Assembly: GCA_963765205.1 (NCBI GenBank)
Contig: CAVXVB010000009.1
Location: forward strand, 640,001-704,000
Direction of reading: 5' to 3'
Length of the DNA stretch: 64,000 nt
DNA from: an uncultured Verrucomicrobiae bacterium
GTDB taxonomy: Bacteria > Verrucomicrobiota > Verrucomicrobiia > Opitutales > JABDGR01
Position numbers and translations under genes: made by a program. Positions within the stretch are counted from its first letter, which is position 1; the number at the start of each line of letters is the position of its first letter. Below are positions 10,249 to 21,078 of the stretch, piece by piece. A model generated the notes under the pieces. That model was not told the DNA's origin. It saw nothing but the letters and a program-made list of their open reading frames with translations, and did not search any database.

Positions 10249-11211
10249 ATGTCCATTACGAAAAACCGCCTTGGCCGTGGCTTGGGCAATTTGATTGCCG
10301 GCGGCAAAAGCGCCGCACCCACCAACCCGCCCGACGCGCCTCTGAGCGTCACGCCCGCACCCGCACCTGCACACACCGTCGCGCCGATAGCGGCTCCCCC
10401 GCCCGTCACGGGCCTGGCCGGCTATAGTGAAATTGCCATCGCGACGGTCGAGCCGAGCCGCCATCAGCCACGCCGGAGTTTTGACGAGGCGGCGTTGCGC
10501 GAATTGGCGGACAGCATCCGCTCGGAGGGCCTGTTGCAGCCCGTCGTCGTGCGCAAGGTCGGCGACAAATATCAATTGATTGCGGGCGAACGCCGGTGGC
10601 GCGCGTGCCAGTTGCTCGGGTTGAAGACGGTGACCGCGCGGGTGGTCGAGGCCAGCGACGCCTCGGCGGCGGTGATGACGATGATTGAAAATTTGCAGCG
10701 CGCGGATTTGAACCCGGTCGAGGAGGCGCTGGGGTATGCGAGCCTGATCCGCGACTTTGCGCTGACCCAGGAGGCCATCGCCGAGCGGGTGGGCAAGGCG
10801 CGCGCGACGATCACCAACGCGCTGCGCTTGCTCTCGCTCGAACGCGAGGTACAGGGCTACCTGGCCAAAGGGCTGTTGAGCACCGGCCACGCCAAGGTTT
10901 TGCTCGGCCTGGCGGACGAAGCTTCGCGCGCGCTGCTGGCCCGGCGGGCGATTGAAGACGGCTGGAGCGTGCGCGACCTTGAGCACCACGCGCGCCAGCA
11001 CAAACAGGACGCGACGAAGACGCGCCGCACCGGGCACAACGGCCCGGAGGCGGAATCCACGGCCATCCGCGATGTCGAAAAACGCCTGGCGGCCAAGCTG
11101 AACACGCGGGTTTCACTGAAGCACAGCCCGAAGCATGGGCGCATAGTGATTGAATATTTCGGCAACGAGGACTTGCAGCGGATTTTGGAGTTTTTGGGAG
11201 TGGGGGGGTGA
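10249..11211 (+). CDS. parB: ParB/Spo0J chromosome partitioning protein
   Basis: LGRGLGNLI, QPRRSFDE, LIAGERRWRA, IENLQRADLNPVEEA, HTH. Confidence 0.95.
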   Translation: MSITKNRLGRGLGNLIAGGKSAAPTNPPDAPLSVTPAPAPAHTVAPIAAPPPVTGLAGYSEIAIATVEPSRHQPRRSFDEAALRELADSIRSEGLLQPVVVRKVGDKYQLIAGERRWRACQLLGLKTVTARVVEASDASAAVMTMIENLQRADLNPVEEALGYASLIRDFALTQEAIAERVGKARATITNALRLLSLEREVQGYLAKGLLSTGHAKVLLGLADEASRALLARRAIEDGWSVRDLEHHARQHKQDATKTRRTGHNGPEAESTAIRDVEKRLAAKLNTRVSLKHSPKHGRIVIEYFGNEDLQRILEFLGVGG

Positions 11212-11220
11212 GGAAGTAGC

Positions 11221-11322
11221 GCGGAGTGCTGAACGCTGAATTCTGAATGCTGCCAAGCCAAGGGAATCAATCTAGCGCGAGAAGCAGTTCTGCTGCGCAA
11301 CATTCAGAATTCAGCATTCAGA
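11221..11322. repeat. Inverted arrays of TGCTGAA/TTCTGAA heptamers
   Basis: CTGAATTCTGAATG / CATTCAGAATTCAG perfect 14-bp inverted repeat. Confidence 0.7.
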
Positions 11323-11404
11323 AACCAACACTTTTCTTGCTTGCCCGGCGGGGCGGGGAAGGGCAGACTGGGCGGTTTAACACTCACTTTTCAAGGCTAC
11401 TGCC

Positions 11405-11893
11405 ATGGTTAATATCCTGATTTCAATCGTAATGGTTGCATTACTCGTTGTCTGCTTGTTGATGGCCGTCATCATCCTGATGCAGAAGCCGAGCGCGAAT
11501 GCGGGGATGGGCGCGGCCCTCGGGGGCGGCGCGGCGGAGTCCGTCTTCGGCGGCGAAGCGGGGAACATGCTGCTCAAATACACGATCCGGATTGCGGTGG
11601 CATTTTTTGTGATGTCGTTCCTATTGTATATGGGCATTTTGTGGCACCACCGTGTGGCGCTGGCCAACAATGTGATGGCGCTGCCCACGATGGGCATCGC
11701 CAGCCCCGCCGCTCCAACGCCCGCGAGCCTGCCGGGGACGTCGGCCAAAACCACGGTGGCGGGTGCAGCAGCAACGTCAGTCAATTCGACGGCGGCGGGC
11801 GCGGCCAGTTCCGCGACGGCGGCGCCGGCCCTCCCTGCGCTGCCGGTAGCATCCACGAGTTCCACCGCCCCTTCGTCGGCTCCCGCAAAATGA
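11405..11893 (+). CDS. secG: Preprotein translocase subunit SecG with Ala/Pro/Thr-rich tail
   Basis: TM-ILMQKP...GMGAALGGG..ESVFG...TM. Confidence 0.9.
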   Translation: MVNILISIVMVALLVVCLLMAVIILMQKPSANAGMGAALGGGAAESVFGGEAGNMLLKYTIRIAVAFFVMSFLLYMGILWHHRVALANNVMALPTMGIASPAAPTPASLPGTSAKTTVAGAAATSVNSTAAGAASSATAAPALPALPVASTSSTAPSSAPAK

Positions 11894-11981
11894 TTTTGGC
11901 CACGAGCGGCGAACCCCACGTATTTACCGGGAACCCGAATGGATGGTTCCCGCGTTTGCCCAAGTTATCGAGGATTGCGGC

Positions 11982-12869
11982 ATGAAAGGCTTTCTCAAAT
12001 TTACCGGCGGGTTGTTGGTCGCGTGGCTGGTTTGCGCGCCGTTGGGGCGGGCGCAGCCCCGCGAGAGCGAAAGTATCGTTTCCGCGCCGCCGGCCCCTTA
12101 CAGTGCTACGGATGCGTCCAAACGCCTCAATGATTTTCGCAGCCTGATGCAGATCGGCGATTTTTGCGTGAAATTTGATTTGCTGCATTTTCCGAAGCCG
12201 CCTGGCGAAGAGACGCGCTTTACCGGCATCGCCTGGAGCTCGTGGAATGACCAGGCCCACGCCCCCGTGTGGCGTTTTCGCCTGACCGCGCCGGCCGGGG
12301 AGGGTAAAGCGGCGCAGCCGGCGGTGTGGGAATGGCTCGTGCAAAACGGCGCGACACCACATATTTGGGTGCTGGCACCCGGCGCGGACACCGCGCGCGA
12401 GGTGCCGGCGGCCGAATGGCGCCAGCCACTGTTTGCCGGCACGGTTTACACGCCTTTCGATTTGCTAATGCCTTTTTTGTTTTGGAAGGGAGAATACAAA
12501 GGTACCGGCCGCGTCGAGGGCAGCGCGGTGGATCTTTACACGATGCAGCCGTCCACCGCCGAGTTGGCGGCCGGTGGAGGCCCGGTGCGCATTTCGATTG
12601 ACCGCGAGATGGGCTACCTCGCCCTCGCCGAGCAACTGGACGCGACAGGCGCGGTCGCGCGCACCTTTGACCTGCGGGATTTCGCCAAGGTGCAGGATCG
12701 CTGGATGGTCAAGACCTGCGAATTGCTCAACAAGGCGGGGCGGGATTACGATCGCTTTCAAGTGACCAGCGCGGCCATGAATCTCAAAATTGACCCGGAA
12801 ATTTTCAACCCCGCGCATTTAAGCATGCGCGCGCCCGAACCGCCGGCGCAGGCTTGGGCGAATTTTTGA
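11982..12869 (+). CDS. Secreted outer-membrane lipoprotein-sorting (LolA-like) protein
   Basis: Signal peptide; PLFAGTVYTPFDL and FAKVQDRWMVK..IDPEIF motifs. Confidence 0.6.
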   Translation: MKGFLKFTGGLLVAWLVCAPLGRAQPRESESIVSAPPAPYSATDASKRLNDFRSLMQIGDFCVKFDLLHFPKPPGEETRFTGIAWSSWNDQAHAPVWRFRLTAPAGEGKAAQPAVWEWLVQNGATPHIWVLAPGADTAREVPAAEWRQPLFAGTVYTPFDLLMPFLFWKGEYKGTGRVEGSAVDLYTMQPSTAELAAGGGPVRISIDREMGYLALAEQLDATGAVARTFDLRDFAKVQDRWMVKTCELLNKAGRDYDRFQVTSAAMNLKIDPEIFNPAHLSMRAPEPPAQAWANF

Positions 12870-12956
12870 TTGGACGCGGTTGGTTCGCCAAAAGTTGTTG
12901 CCAAGGCGGGTGATTTGGCAAGTATCGGCGTTCGCGCATTTCGCGCCATTCACTCC

Positions 12957-14183
12957 ATGCCACTCGGAACCACCGAACCCGGATTGTCCACCTGGGCGCG
13001 CCAGATCGCGCCGTCGCCGACTTTGGCCGTTGACGCCAAGGCCAAGGCGTTGCAGGCCGCGGGGAAGGATGTGTGCATTTTTGGCGCGGGGGAGCCAGAT
13101 TTTGACACGCCGGAATTCATCAAGGAGGCCTGCGCCAAGGCCTTGCATGAGGGGAAGACAAAATACATCGCCTCGGCCGGGCTGCCCGCCTTGCGCGCGG
13201 CCCTCGCGGCGGACTATCGCGCGCGCGGTTTTGGCGACGTGAAAGAGTCACAAGTCGTCGTCAGCCCCGGCGGAAAATTTTCCTGTTATCTGGCGATTTT
13301 GTCGGTGGTCTCGCCGGGTGAAGAAGTGATCATCCCCGCACCGTATTGGGTGAGCTATCCCGAAATGGTGAAGCTGGCCGGGGGCGTGCCGAAGTTTGTC
13401 TTTGCGGGCGACGAGACGGGTTTCCGCATCAGCCCGGCGCAACTGCGCGCGGCCCTGACGCCGAAAACGCGGCTCGTGATTTTGAACAGCCCCTCGAACC
13501 CGACCGGCGCGGTTTACCCCCGTGTAGAATTGGAGGCGCTGGTGCGTGTGTGCGTCGAGGCGGGCGTGTATGTGCTGTCCGACGAGATTTACGAGAAGCT
13601 GCTTTACGACGGCGTCACCCACGCCAGCCCGGCCACGTTCTCGCCCCAGGCGGTGAAGCTGACGCTGACGGCGTCGGGCTTCAGCAAGACGTATGCGATG
13701 ACCGGCTGGCGGCTGGGCACGCTGGTCGCGCCGCCGAAGATCGCCGCCGCCGCGGCGGATTTGCAAAGCCAGATGACGTCAAACGCAACGAGTTTCGCCC
13801 AGTTCGGCGCGCTGGCTGCATTGCAGCAGCCGGAAAAGGCGCGCGCGGCCGTCGAAGCGATGCGCCAGGTTTTTGACCGCCGCCGGCTGCTCCTTTGGGA
13901 GGGCCTGAACGCGCTGCCGGGCGTGCGCTGTTTCCGCTCGGAAGGCGCGTTTTATTTATTCCCGAACATCTCCGCGCTCGGGCTAAGCTCCGGCCAATTT
14001 GCGGACCAGTTGCTGGAGGAGGAACTGGTCGCGCTGGTGCCGGGCAATGCGTTTGGCGCGGACGATTACATGCGCCTGAGCTACGCCACGTCGGACGCCG
14101 TCATCATAAAAGGCCTCGAACGCCTCGGGCGTTTTTGCGCGCGGCTGGCGGAAGCGCGTCTGCCTGCGGCCGCCCGCGCGTAA
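12957..14183 (+). CDS. PLP-dependent class I/II aminotransferase (aspartate aminotransferase type)
   Basis: [42 protein letters not shown]. Confidence 0.93.
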   Translation: MPLGTTEPGLSTWARQIAPSPTLAVDAKAKALQAAGKDVCIFGAGEPDFDTPEFIKEACAKALHEGKTKYIASAGLPALRAALAADYRARGFGDVKESQVVVSPGGKFSCYLAILSVVSPGEEVIIPAPYWVSYPEMVKLAGGVPKFVFAGDETGFRISPAQLRAALTPKTRLVILNSPSNPTGAVYPRVELEALVRVCVEAGVYVLSDEIYEKLLYDGVTHASPATFSPQAVKLTLTASGFSKTYAMTGWRLGTLVAPPKIAAAAADLQSQMTSNATSFAQFGALAALQQPEKARAAVEAMRQVFDRRRLLLWEGLNALPGVRCFRSEGAFYLFPNISALGLSSGQFADQLLEEELVALVPGNAFGADDYMRLSYATSDAVIIKGLERLGRFCARLAEARLPAAARA

Positions 14184-14246
14184 AACTGCGATACGATATC
14201 CTCGTTAGCCTTTTACAGCGATCTGAAAAAGCAATCCCACTTTCCC

Positions 14247-15110
14247 ATGGTTTACGAATACACAAAAGCTCAACCGATTACTCTGCGGGAGGCAGGGAAA
14301 GATGAAAGATGGCTGCAAGATTTGCTATCAAAAGATCCGTCTATTCTCGGGCTTGGCGATGTTGTGGTCATCCAACGAGAATGTTCGCAGCCAACGGGTG
14401 GCAGAATAGATTTGATCTTATCGGATAATGCCTCTGAGGAGGCCCTCCGCTACGAAGTTGAAGTCATGCTAGGAACTGTCGATGAGAGTCACATCATTCG
14501 AACTATCGAGTATTGGGACGTGGAACGGCGTCGATTCCCTTCCTATCAGCACCGAGCTGTTATTGTGGCAGAAGAAATCACCAATCGCTTCTTCAACGTC
14601 ATCAGCCTTTTAAATAAGGCGGTTCCCATAATCGCCATCCAACTCAATGCGTTTCTCATGTCAGATAAACTCTGCTTGAATTTTGTCAAAGTGTTGAATT
14701 TGGTGGATGAAGAAGAGGAGAATGCAGGTGAACAGACCGACCGAAAGTCTTGGGAAGCTAGAAGCAGTAAACAATCTATCGAAGTTATGGATGCCGTTAT
14801 TGCCCTTCTGCCAAAGGATGCGGGAGATGTCAGGATAAAATACAATCAGGAGCACATCGCCGTAGCGACTTCAGGGAAAAATTTTGCCTGGTTTATGCTT
14901 CGTAAAGGCATCCATGTGCTTTTGGAAGTAAGCACGGGAGAGCTTACGCGAGACGAGTTTATTTCTAAAATGAAAGCGCAGGGCATCGAGTGCGGTCAAA
15001 CACGTCATAGCACCATCTTGAAAATTTTTCTTAATATGAAGGAACTGGAGAACAATCGAGCCCTCATCCAAGGCGTATTGACTACGGCAGAAAAATTCTC
15101 AAGGGAGTGA
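14247..15110 (+). CDS. NucS-like PD-(D/E)xK-fold putative nuclease, AT-richer than flanks
   Basis: [42 protein letters not shown]. Confidence 0.65.
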   Translation: MVYEYTKAQPITLREAGKDERWLQDLLSKDPSILGLGDVVVIQRECSQPTGGRIDLILSDNASEEALRYEVEVMLGTVDESHIIRTIEYWDVERRRFPSYQHRAVIVAEEITNRFFNVISLLNKAVPIIAIQLNAFLMSDKLCLNFVKVLNLVDEEEENAGEQTDRKSWEARSSKQSIEVMDAVIALLPKDAGDVRIKYNQEHIAVATSGKNFAWFMLRKGIHVLLEVSTGELTRDEFISKMKAQGIECGQTRHSTILKIFLNMKELENNRALIQGVLTTAEKFSRE

Positions 15111-15159
15111 AGCCTGGCTTCCTTCTTGCTCACTATTTCCAACCATCAATACCTTCCAC

Positions 15160-16476
15160 ATGAGCTACCAGAACCTCGTGCCGCCCACCGGCGACCGCAT
15201 CACGATCAACGCCGGGAAGTTGTCCGTTCCGGACTGCCCCATCCTGCCCTACATCGAGGGCGATGGCACCGGGCCGGACATTTGGCGCGCGTCGCAACGC
15301 GTGTTCGACGCCGCAGTGGCCAAGGCTTACGGTGGGCAGCGGAAAATTTCGTGGTTCGAGGTTTACGCGGGCCAGAAGGCGTTCGACAAGTTTCAGAACT
15401 GGCTGCCGGACGACACGGTGGCGGCGTTCACGGACTACCTGGTCGGCATCAAGGGGCCGCTGACGACGCCGGTGGGCGGCGGCATCCGTTCGCTCAATGT
15501 CGCGCTGCGGCAGATGCTCGACCTTTACGTCTGTCTGCGCCCGGTGCAGTATTTCACGGGGGTGCCGTCGCCGGTGAAGCATCCGGAGAAGGTGGATATG
15601 GTGATTTTCCGCGAGAACACCGAGGACATCTACGCCGGCATCGAATACGTGGCCGGCTCGCCCGAGGCGCAGAAGCTGCTCGACTTCATCGCGAAGGAAT
15701 TTCCCAAGGACTTCAAAAAAATCCGCTTTGGCACCAAGCTGGCGGCGGAGGAATTTTGGAAACGGGTCGGCGCGGCGAATTTTCCCTGCGACGTGAAAGT
15801 GGGCCTTGGCATCAAGCCGGTGAGCTACAGCGGCAGCGTGCGTTTGATTCACACGGCGATCGGCTACGCGATCAAGTTCAAGCGCAAGAGCGTGACGCTG
15901 GTCCACAAGGGCAACATCATGAAGAACACCGAGGGTTCGTTCCGCGATTGGGGCTACCAGGTGGCGAAGGAATATTTCGGCGCGGTGGAAATTGACGCCG
16001 GCCCGTGGTGCAAAATCCCCGAGGGCAAACTCGGCGCGGGCCTCGTGATCAAGGACACGATCGCCGACATCACGCTCCAACAGGTGCTCACGCGCCCGGA
16101 AGATTTCGACGTGATTGCGACGCTGAACCTGAACGGCGATTACCTGAGCGACGCGCTGGCGGCGCAAGTGGGCGGCATCGGCATCGCGCCCGGCGGCAAC
16201 ATCAACTACATTAGCGGCCATGCGATCTTCGAGGCGACGCACGGCACCGCGCCGAAATACGCGAACAAGGACATGGTCAACCCCGGCTCGGTCGTGCTCA
16301 GCGGCGAAATGATGCTGCGCTACATGGGCTGGACGGAAGCCGCCGACTTGATTCTGAAAGGCCTGAACGGCGCGATTGGCGCGAAGCGCGTGACCTACGA
16401 CTTCGCGCGCCAGATGCAGGGCGCGACGGAGATCAAGTGTTCGGCATTCGGCACCGCGATTATTGAGCAGATGTAG
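15160..16476 (+). CDS. icd: NADP-dependent isocitrate dehydrogenase
   Basis: [62 protein letters not shown]. Confidence 0.97.
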   Translation: MSYQNLVPPTGDRITINAGKLSVPDCPILPYIEGDGTGPDIWRASQRVFDAAVAKAYGGQRKISWFEVYAGQKAFDKFQNWLPDDTVAAFTDYLVGIKGPLTTPVGGGIRSLNVALRQMLDLYVCLRPVQYFTGVPSPVKHPEKVDMVIFRENTEDIYAGIEYVAGSPEAQKLLDFIAKEFPKDFKKIRFGTKLAAEEFWKRVGAANFPCDVKVGLGIKPVSYSGSVRLIHTAIGYAIKFKRKSVTLVHKGNIMKNTEGSFRDWGYQVAKEYFGAVEIDAGPWCKIPEGKLGAGLVIKDTIADITLQQVLTRPEDFDVIATLNLNGDYLSDALAAQVGGIGIAPGGNINYISGHAIFEATHGTAPKYANKDMVNPGSVVLSGEMMLRYMGWTEAADLILKGLNGAIGAKRVTYDFARQMQGATEIKCSAFGTAIIEQM

Positions 16477-16773
16477 GCTATAACCCGAATTCAAAGGGGG
16501 CGGATGAGGGGACAATTCCACCCCTGCGCTTTTATTGCTTTTTTCGCAAGAGGAGGAAAGCGATGAAGGCCACCAGGCCGCAGAGCGCCGTGACGCCGAA
16601 AGCGGCGGGCCAGGTGGGACTCCCCCACAACACACCCGCACAAAAAAAGACGGTGACGAACACCATGCAGCCCAAGTTTTCGCGTTCGTCTTTGGCGTCC
16701 ACATAAGTTGGCCTCGGCACCTTTGCCCACCAGTTGCCGCGGCTGCACTTGGGTGGTTCTGGCGGGGTGCCTA

Positions 16774-17798
16774 GAGCATTTTCGATTTAGATAGACGCAT
16801 ATTGGGCATGACCAAAGAAGCCTTGGCAATGGGTGGAGGTGAAGGAGGCGAGGGCTGGAACCAAAGCGGTTTGGAGGTCCGTGAGGGTTCGTGCGGCGGC
16901 TTGCCGAAGATGGGCTTTGAGTTTGGCGAAGGCCTGTTCGATGGGGTTGAGATCGGGGCTATACGGCGGCAGATAGCGCACGCGGGCGCCGCGGGCGGCC
17001 AGCACCGCGGCGACGCTGGCCGTTTTGTGGGTGGCGAGGTTGTCGAGGATCACGGTGTCGCCCTCCCGCAATTCCGGGCCGAGCACTTGTTGGAGGTAGG
17101 CGGTGAACACGTCGGTGTCCACTGCGCCTTCGATCAGAAAAGGCGCAGTCACGGCGTCCACGCGCAACGCGGCGATAAAGGTGGAAGTGTGCCAGTGCCC
17201 GTGGGGCACGCGCCCGAGGCAACGCTGGCTGCGCGGGGCCCGCCCATACAGCCGCGCCATCTTGGTGTTCAAGCCGGTCTCGTCGATGAAGACCAACCGT
17301 CGGCTGTCCCAGCTGGGCTGATCCTGGCGCCACTGGTGCCGGGCCGCTTTAACGTCGGGTCGATCTTGCTCGGCGGCGCGCGTCGTTTTTTTTATAGCTC
17401 AAGCCCAGCCGCTCCAGCCGGTGCCACAGCGCGTTGAGGCCCAGCCGCACGCCGAGTTGCTCGCGGCAGCGCGTTTGCAGTTGCGCCAGCGTCAGGTCGG
17501 GCTGCGCCGCGATCCACGCCCGCACCTTGCGCTCATGCTCCGCCAGCCGGGAGCGGCGGCAGCCGCCGATTTGTTTCGGCCGGCAGTGGCCCCGGCGGCG
17601 GTATTGGTTCCAGAAGCGTTCGGCGCTGCTGCGGCTGACCCCAAAACGGCGGCAGACCTCGCCCGTGCCTTCCCCGGCTTCGCGCGCCCGCACGATGCGC
17701 TGGCGCAAATCTTCCGAGAGTGGTTTCATGGTGGTGGCCTCCTTTTCCACCATTATACACCGCTTTCAGCAATACGTCTATTTAAATCGAAAATGCTC
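16774..17798 (-). mobile_element. IS630-family insertion sequence (~1025 bp) with TA duplication
   Basis: Ends CTAGAGCATTTTCGATTTAGATAGACG and its inverse (1 mismatch in 27); TA at 16772-73 and 17799-800 within CTAG. Confidence 0.95.
16787..17729 (-). CDS. IS630 transposase split over two frames at an A8 run
   Basis: OrfA MKPLSEDLRQRIV (HTH) ...LSYKK; OrfB VFIDETG, VILDNL, LPPYSPDLNPIE; T8 at 17386-17393 on the + strand. Confidence 0.92.
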
Positions 17799-17890
17799 TA
17801 GGTTGGGCGGCGGGGGTGGAGCGGGGTCGTCATTCATGGGAGGTATTTGGGCGAGCGTGGGCTAATTCGACAATACCAAGCAAGTGTTTT

Positions 17891-18130
17891 TCATTTCTGA
17901 CGCAAAATAAAGAAGCAAACCGATGTTGCCATGCCGCAGAGGGCCAGCACGCCGAAGGCGGCGGGCCAGGTGGGACTGAACTCCAACAACAGAAAGGAAA
18001 AAAGGGCGGTAAAGAGCGGCACGATGAAGGCGACCAGCGCAGGAAACGCCGCAGCGGCCAGCCTGCGCCGGGTGCATTCCTTTTCGAAGGCAAGGTCTTG
18101 GGCAAGATTTTGAGTGGGATTGTCATTCAT
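17891..18130 (-). CDS. Small two-TM membrane protein, paralogue of the IS-split gene
   Basis: MNDNPTQ...SPTWPAAFGVLALCG...LRQK; DNA GGCGGGCCAGGTGGGACT shared with 16603-16620. Confidence 0.7.
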   Translation of the reverse strand: MNDNPTQNLAQDLAFEKECTRRRLAAAAFPALVAFIVPLFTALFSFLLLEFSPTWPAAFGVLALCGMATSVCFFILRQK

Positions 18131-18185
18131 GGCTGGTCCTGGGTAAAAGAGTTCTCTGCGAACATGGTTATAAGTGAAGAGGGCA

Positions 18186-18292
18186 AACGCTCAACTTTTA
18201 AGGCTTAACGTTTAACGCTCAATTAAGAAAACCTGTCTCCGGGGAATAAGGGGATGATAGGATTGGTCTCCAAAAACTTAAACGTTGAGCGC
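18186..18292. repeat. AACGCTC-type heptamer palindromic element
   Basis: AACGCTCAAC...TTAACGCTCAA ... AAACGTTGAGCG. Confidence 0.55.
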
Positions 18293-18312
18293 TTTGGTAA
18301 ACTCATGAGCGG

Positions 18313-20820
18313 TCAGGGTGAGCCGTTCTGAAAGATGATGGACGGTTGCCCGGTGCCGCCGGGCAGGCTGGTGGGGTCGAGGGCCGAACCGGCAGCGCCG
18401 GCCTTGGGATTGGCGATCATCATGGTGGCACCGGAGTTGCCAAGCGAGATCGGGCCGCCGGTCTGGAAGGCTTGGTTGATGTTCGCGGTGATTTGATTTA
18501 TGCTGGAGCGCGACAGGGCATTATTATCCATGGCTTTTTGAATGGTGGCGCGTTGTTGGTCGGTGACAGGGGCGGTGGCGAGGGCGGCGGAGGCGGCGGT
18601 GGGGTCCACGCTCGACCAATCCAGGAGGCTGTTACGGACTTGGTTGTTGCGGCGGGTGATGTTGCCGATGCTGGAGGCCAGGCTGAAGGCGGTCGCGGGG
18701 TCGTAGGAGGACTGGGAGGCCACATAGCGGGCGACGGCGGCGTCGCGATCCTCACCTTCGGGGAGGGATTGCATCCAAGTGGCGAGAGCCTGGGGGTCTT
18801 GCTGGACCCAGTTGTTGGCGAGGCCGATGATGGCGCTCATGCGTGAGGAATCATCGCCAATGGTGAGGGCGGCTTGCGCGGCGCCGGCGGGGTCGGTGGT
18901 GCTCCAAGCACCAATGATGCTCGCAAGAGTGGCGCTGGTCTTGGAATTTTGATCCATGGCGTTGGCGTCGGCCCAGGCGGTCTGGGGGTCGGTGGTGGCC
19001 AGGCTGGTGAGGACGTTGCTGATGGCGCTGTCCTGGCCGGGGCCCGGGGGGAGGGCTTGCGCCCAGGCCATGGCGGCGGGCCCGTTGTTCATCGCCCAGG
19101 TCATGGCGACGCCGCCGATGGTCGCCGCCATGCTGGGGTCGTCGGCGAGGTTTTGGACGTAGGCGGCGGCGCTGGCGGGGTCCACGTTGGTCCAGGAGGT
19201 GATGACATTTTGCAAGTCTCGGTTTTTGATTTTGGCCGGGGTGTCGGTGGGCAGGTTTTGGACGAAATCCAGGGCGGCCTGGGTGTTCTGGGAAGCAAGG
19301 GCGGAGGCGAGACTGGTGCTGATATTGTCGCGTGAGGCGCCGGCGGGCATGTCATTGAAATAGCTGGCCGCGGTGGTGGGGTCGGCGGCGACCATTTGAT
19401 TGAGGACGGTGGCGAATACGGTGTCGTGCTCCTGGCCGGTGAGGTTGGTGTTGAGCCAGGTCATCGCGGCAGTGGGGTCGCCGGCGGCATATTGGGCCAG
19501 TACGGATTCATAGTCATTTTCGCGACGGATGCCTTCCGGCAACTGCGCGACGTAGGCAATGGCGGAGGCGGGATCGGTGGCGCTCAACTTGGAGAGGACG
19601 GTGCCGATGCTGTTGTCGAAGGCCGCGCCTTTGGCGTTTTGGGAGAGCCAAGTGAGCGCGGCGGCGGGGTCGGAGTCGCTCCAAGTGTTGGCCAGGTATT
19701 GCATGAGATTGTTGCGCTTGGTGCCCGGGGTCATGGTGGCCAGGTAACTGCTGGCGGTGATCGGATCCTGCTGGGCGAGGTTGCGGAAGGCCGCTTGCTG
19801 GGCCTGGGTTTGCTCCATGCCGGGCGGCAGGGCTTGCGCGGCTTGGAGGGCGGCGGCGGGGTCAACTTCGCCCCAGCCGTCGAAGACGCTTTGGGCGGCA
19901 GTGGTGCGATCCGCGCCGAGGGGCAGGCTTTGCATGGCCGCGAAGGCAGCGGCAGGGTCTTGCCGGGACCAGGTGGCGAACACGCTGCTATATAATTGGG
20001 TGGACTGCTGGCCGACAGGCAGGCCGCGCAAGACGCTGAGCGCTTGGGCGGGGTCGCTATCGGCCATGGTTTGGATGATGGTGCTCTGGATGGTGGTGCG
20101 CAGCCGGGCATTGTCTATTTGGCCCAGCGAGGCCAAAGCGGCGGCGGGGTCAACTTCGGCCCAGCTCGCGAAGACCGGGCGCAGGACGGTGTTGGCCATG
20201 CTGGCGGGGAGACTCTTGGCGGCGGCCACGGCGGCAGTCGGATCGCCTTGCGCCCAGACGGACAACACTTGCGCGATGGAGGCCGCGCGCAGCGAGGCGC
20301 GATCCAGTTTCAGCGCGGCGGCGAGCGCGGCGCGGGGGTCGGTGGCGGCCCACGCGGCAAAAACGTCGTTCATGATACTCTGATTGCCGGAGCGCATGGC
20401 GAGAGCGTAGGCGTAGGTGAGCGCGCCGTTGGGGTCGGCGTGGGCCAATTTGGTGATAGCCAATTCGTCCACTTGGGCGCGGATGAAGGCGTCCGGGCAA
20501 TTGGCGGCGAGGTCCATGAGGTGGCCCAATTCCGCGAGCGGCGTTTCTTCGACCAATTTGACGAGGGCGGCGATGCGGTCCACGCCCTTGTATTTTTTGA
20601 GGATGTCGGCAAGCGGATTCTTCGAGTCCCAGGCGAGGTTTTTGGGCACGGTCGAGGAGGGTGCCGTGTCTTTGGCCGGGTGATTGTTGGCGGCGATGGG
20701 GCGCGCGGGATGCGCGGCCGCGGCCGTATGGCCGGGCAGTGCCCAGTAACCAAGGCCCAGGCCGAGCAAGATGCCCGGCAGCGTCCAAACGAGTGCGGTG
20801 CGGAGAGGAGAAGTTTTCAT
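18313..20820 (-). CDS. Membrane-anchored alpha-solenoid repeat protein
   Basis: N-terminal TM followed by many degenerate W-x-x-x-DP-x-AA...LP-x-G repeats; start ATG 20820. Confidence 0.85.
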   Translation of the reverse strand: MKTSPLRTALVWTLPGILLGLGLGYWALPGHTAAAAHPARPIAANNHPAKDTAPSSTVPKNLAWDSKNPLADILKKYKGVDRIAALVKLVEETPLAELGHLMDLAANCPDAFIRAQVDELAITKLAHADPNGALTYAYALAMRSGNQSIMNDVFAAWAATDPRAALAAALKLDRASLRAASIAQVLSVWAQGDPTAAVAAAKSLPASMANTVLRPVFASWAEVDPAAALASLGQIDNARLRTTIQSTIIQTMADSDPAQALSVLRGLPVGQQSTQLYSSVFATWSRQDPAAAFAAMQSLPLGADRTTAAQSVFDGWGEVDPAAALQAAQALPPGMEQTQAQQAAFRNLAQQDPITASSYLATMTPGTKRNNLMQYLANTWSDSDPAAALTWLSQNAKGAAFDNSIGTVLSKLSATDPASAIAYVAQLPEGIRRENDYESVLAQYAAGDPTAAMTWLNTNLTGQEHDTVFATVLNQMVAADPTTAASYFNDMPAGASRDNISTSLASALASQNTQAALDFVQNLPTDTPAKIKNRDLQNVITSWTNVDPASAAAYVQNLADDPSMAATIGGVAMTWAMNNGPAAMAWAQALPPGPGQDSAISNVLTSLATTDPQTAWADANAMDQNSKTSATLASIIGAWSTTDPAGAAQAALTIGDDSSRMSAIIGLANNWVQQDPQALATWMQSLPEGEDRDAAVARYVASQSSYDPATAFSLASSIGNITRRNNQVRNSLLDWSSVDPTAASAALATAPVTDQQRATIQKAMDNNALSRSSINQITANINQAFQTGGPISLGNSGATMMIANPKAGAAGSALDPTSLPGGTGQPSIIFQNGSP

Positions 20821-21078
20821 AAGCGAAGGTGATTTTGTTAAAAAGACACCTGCCGGAACCGAAACCGAACAAGAAATTCTTTTTGGACGAGGGGAAAAAC
20901 GCACTGAAAGAAAAAATGATCCAGTTCGGACAAGGTCGCGCCGTCGGCGCATCCCCGGCCGGTGTTCACTTGCAAAACATTTTTTACAATTGCCAGCGGC
21001 AATCTGCTTGCGCCGAAGTTTGCAGTAATGGATAATGCTGCGCGTCGCCAGGTTTTACCCCATAAATTTTCTTGTCTT

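Larger units (their letters stand above)
16532..17837 (-). pseudogene. Small two-TM membrane protein gene interrupted by IS630
   Basis: Removing the IS and one TA restores one frame: MNDDPAPPPPPNLGTPPEPPKCSRGNWWAKVPRPTYVDAKDE...SPTWPAAFGVTALCG...RKKQ. Confidence 0.8.

Noticed and set aside
10249..11211. parB as a plasmid or ICE marker
   Set aside because: Chromosomal Spo0J-type sequence among housekeeping genes
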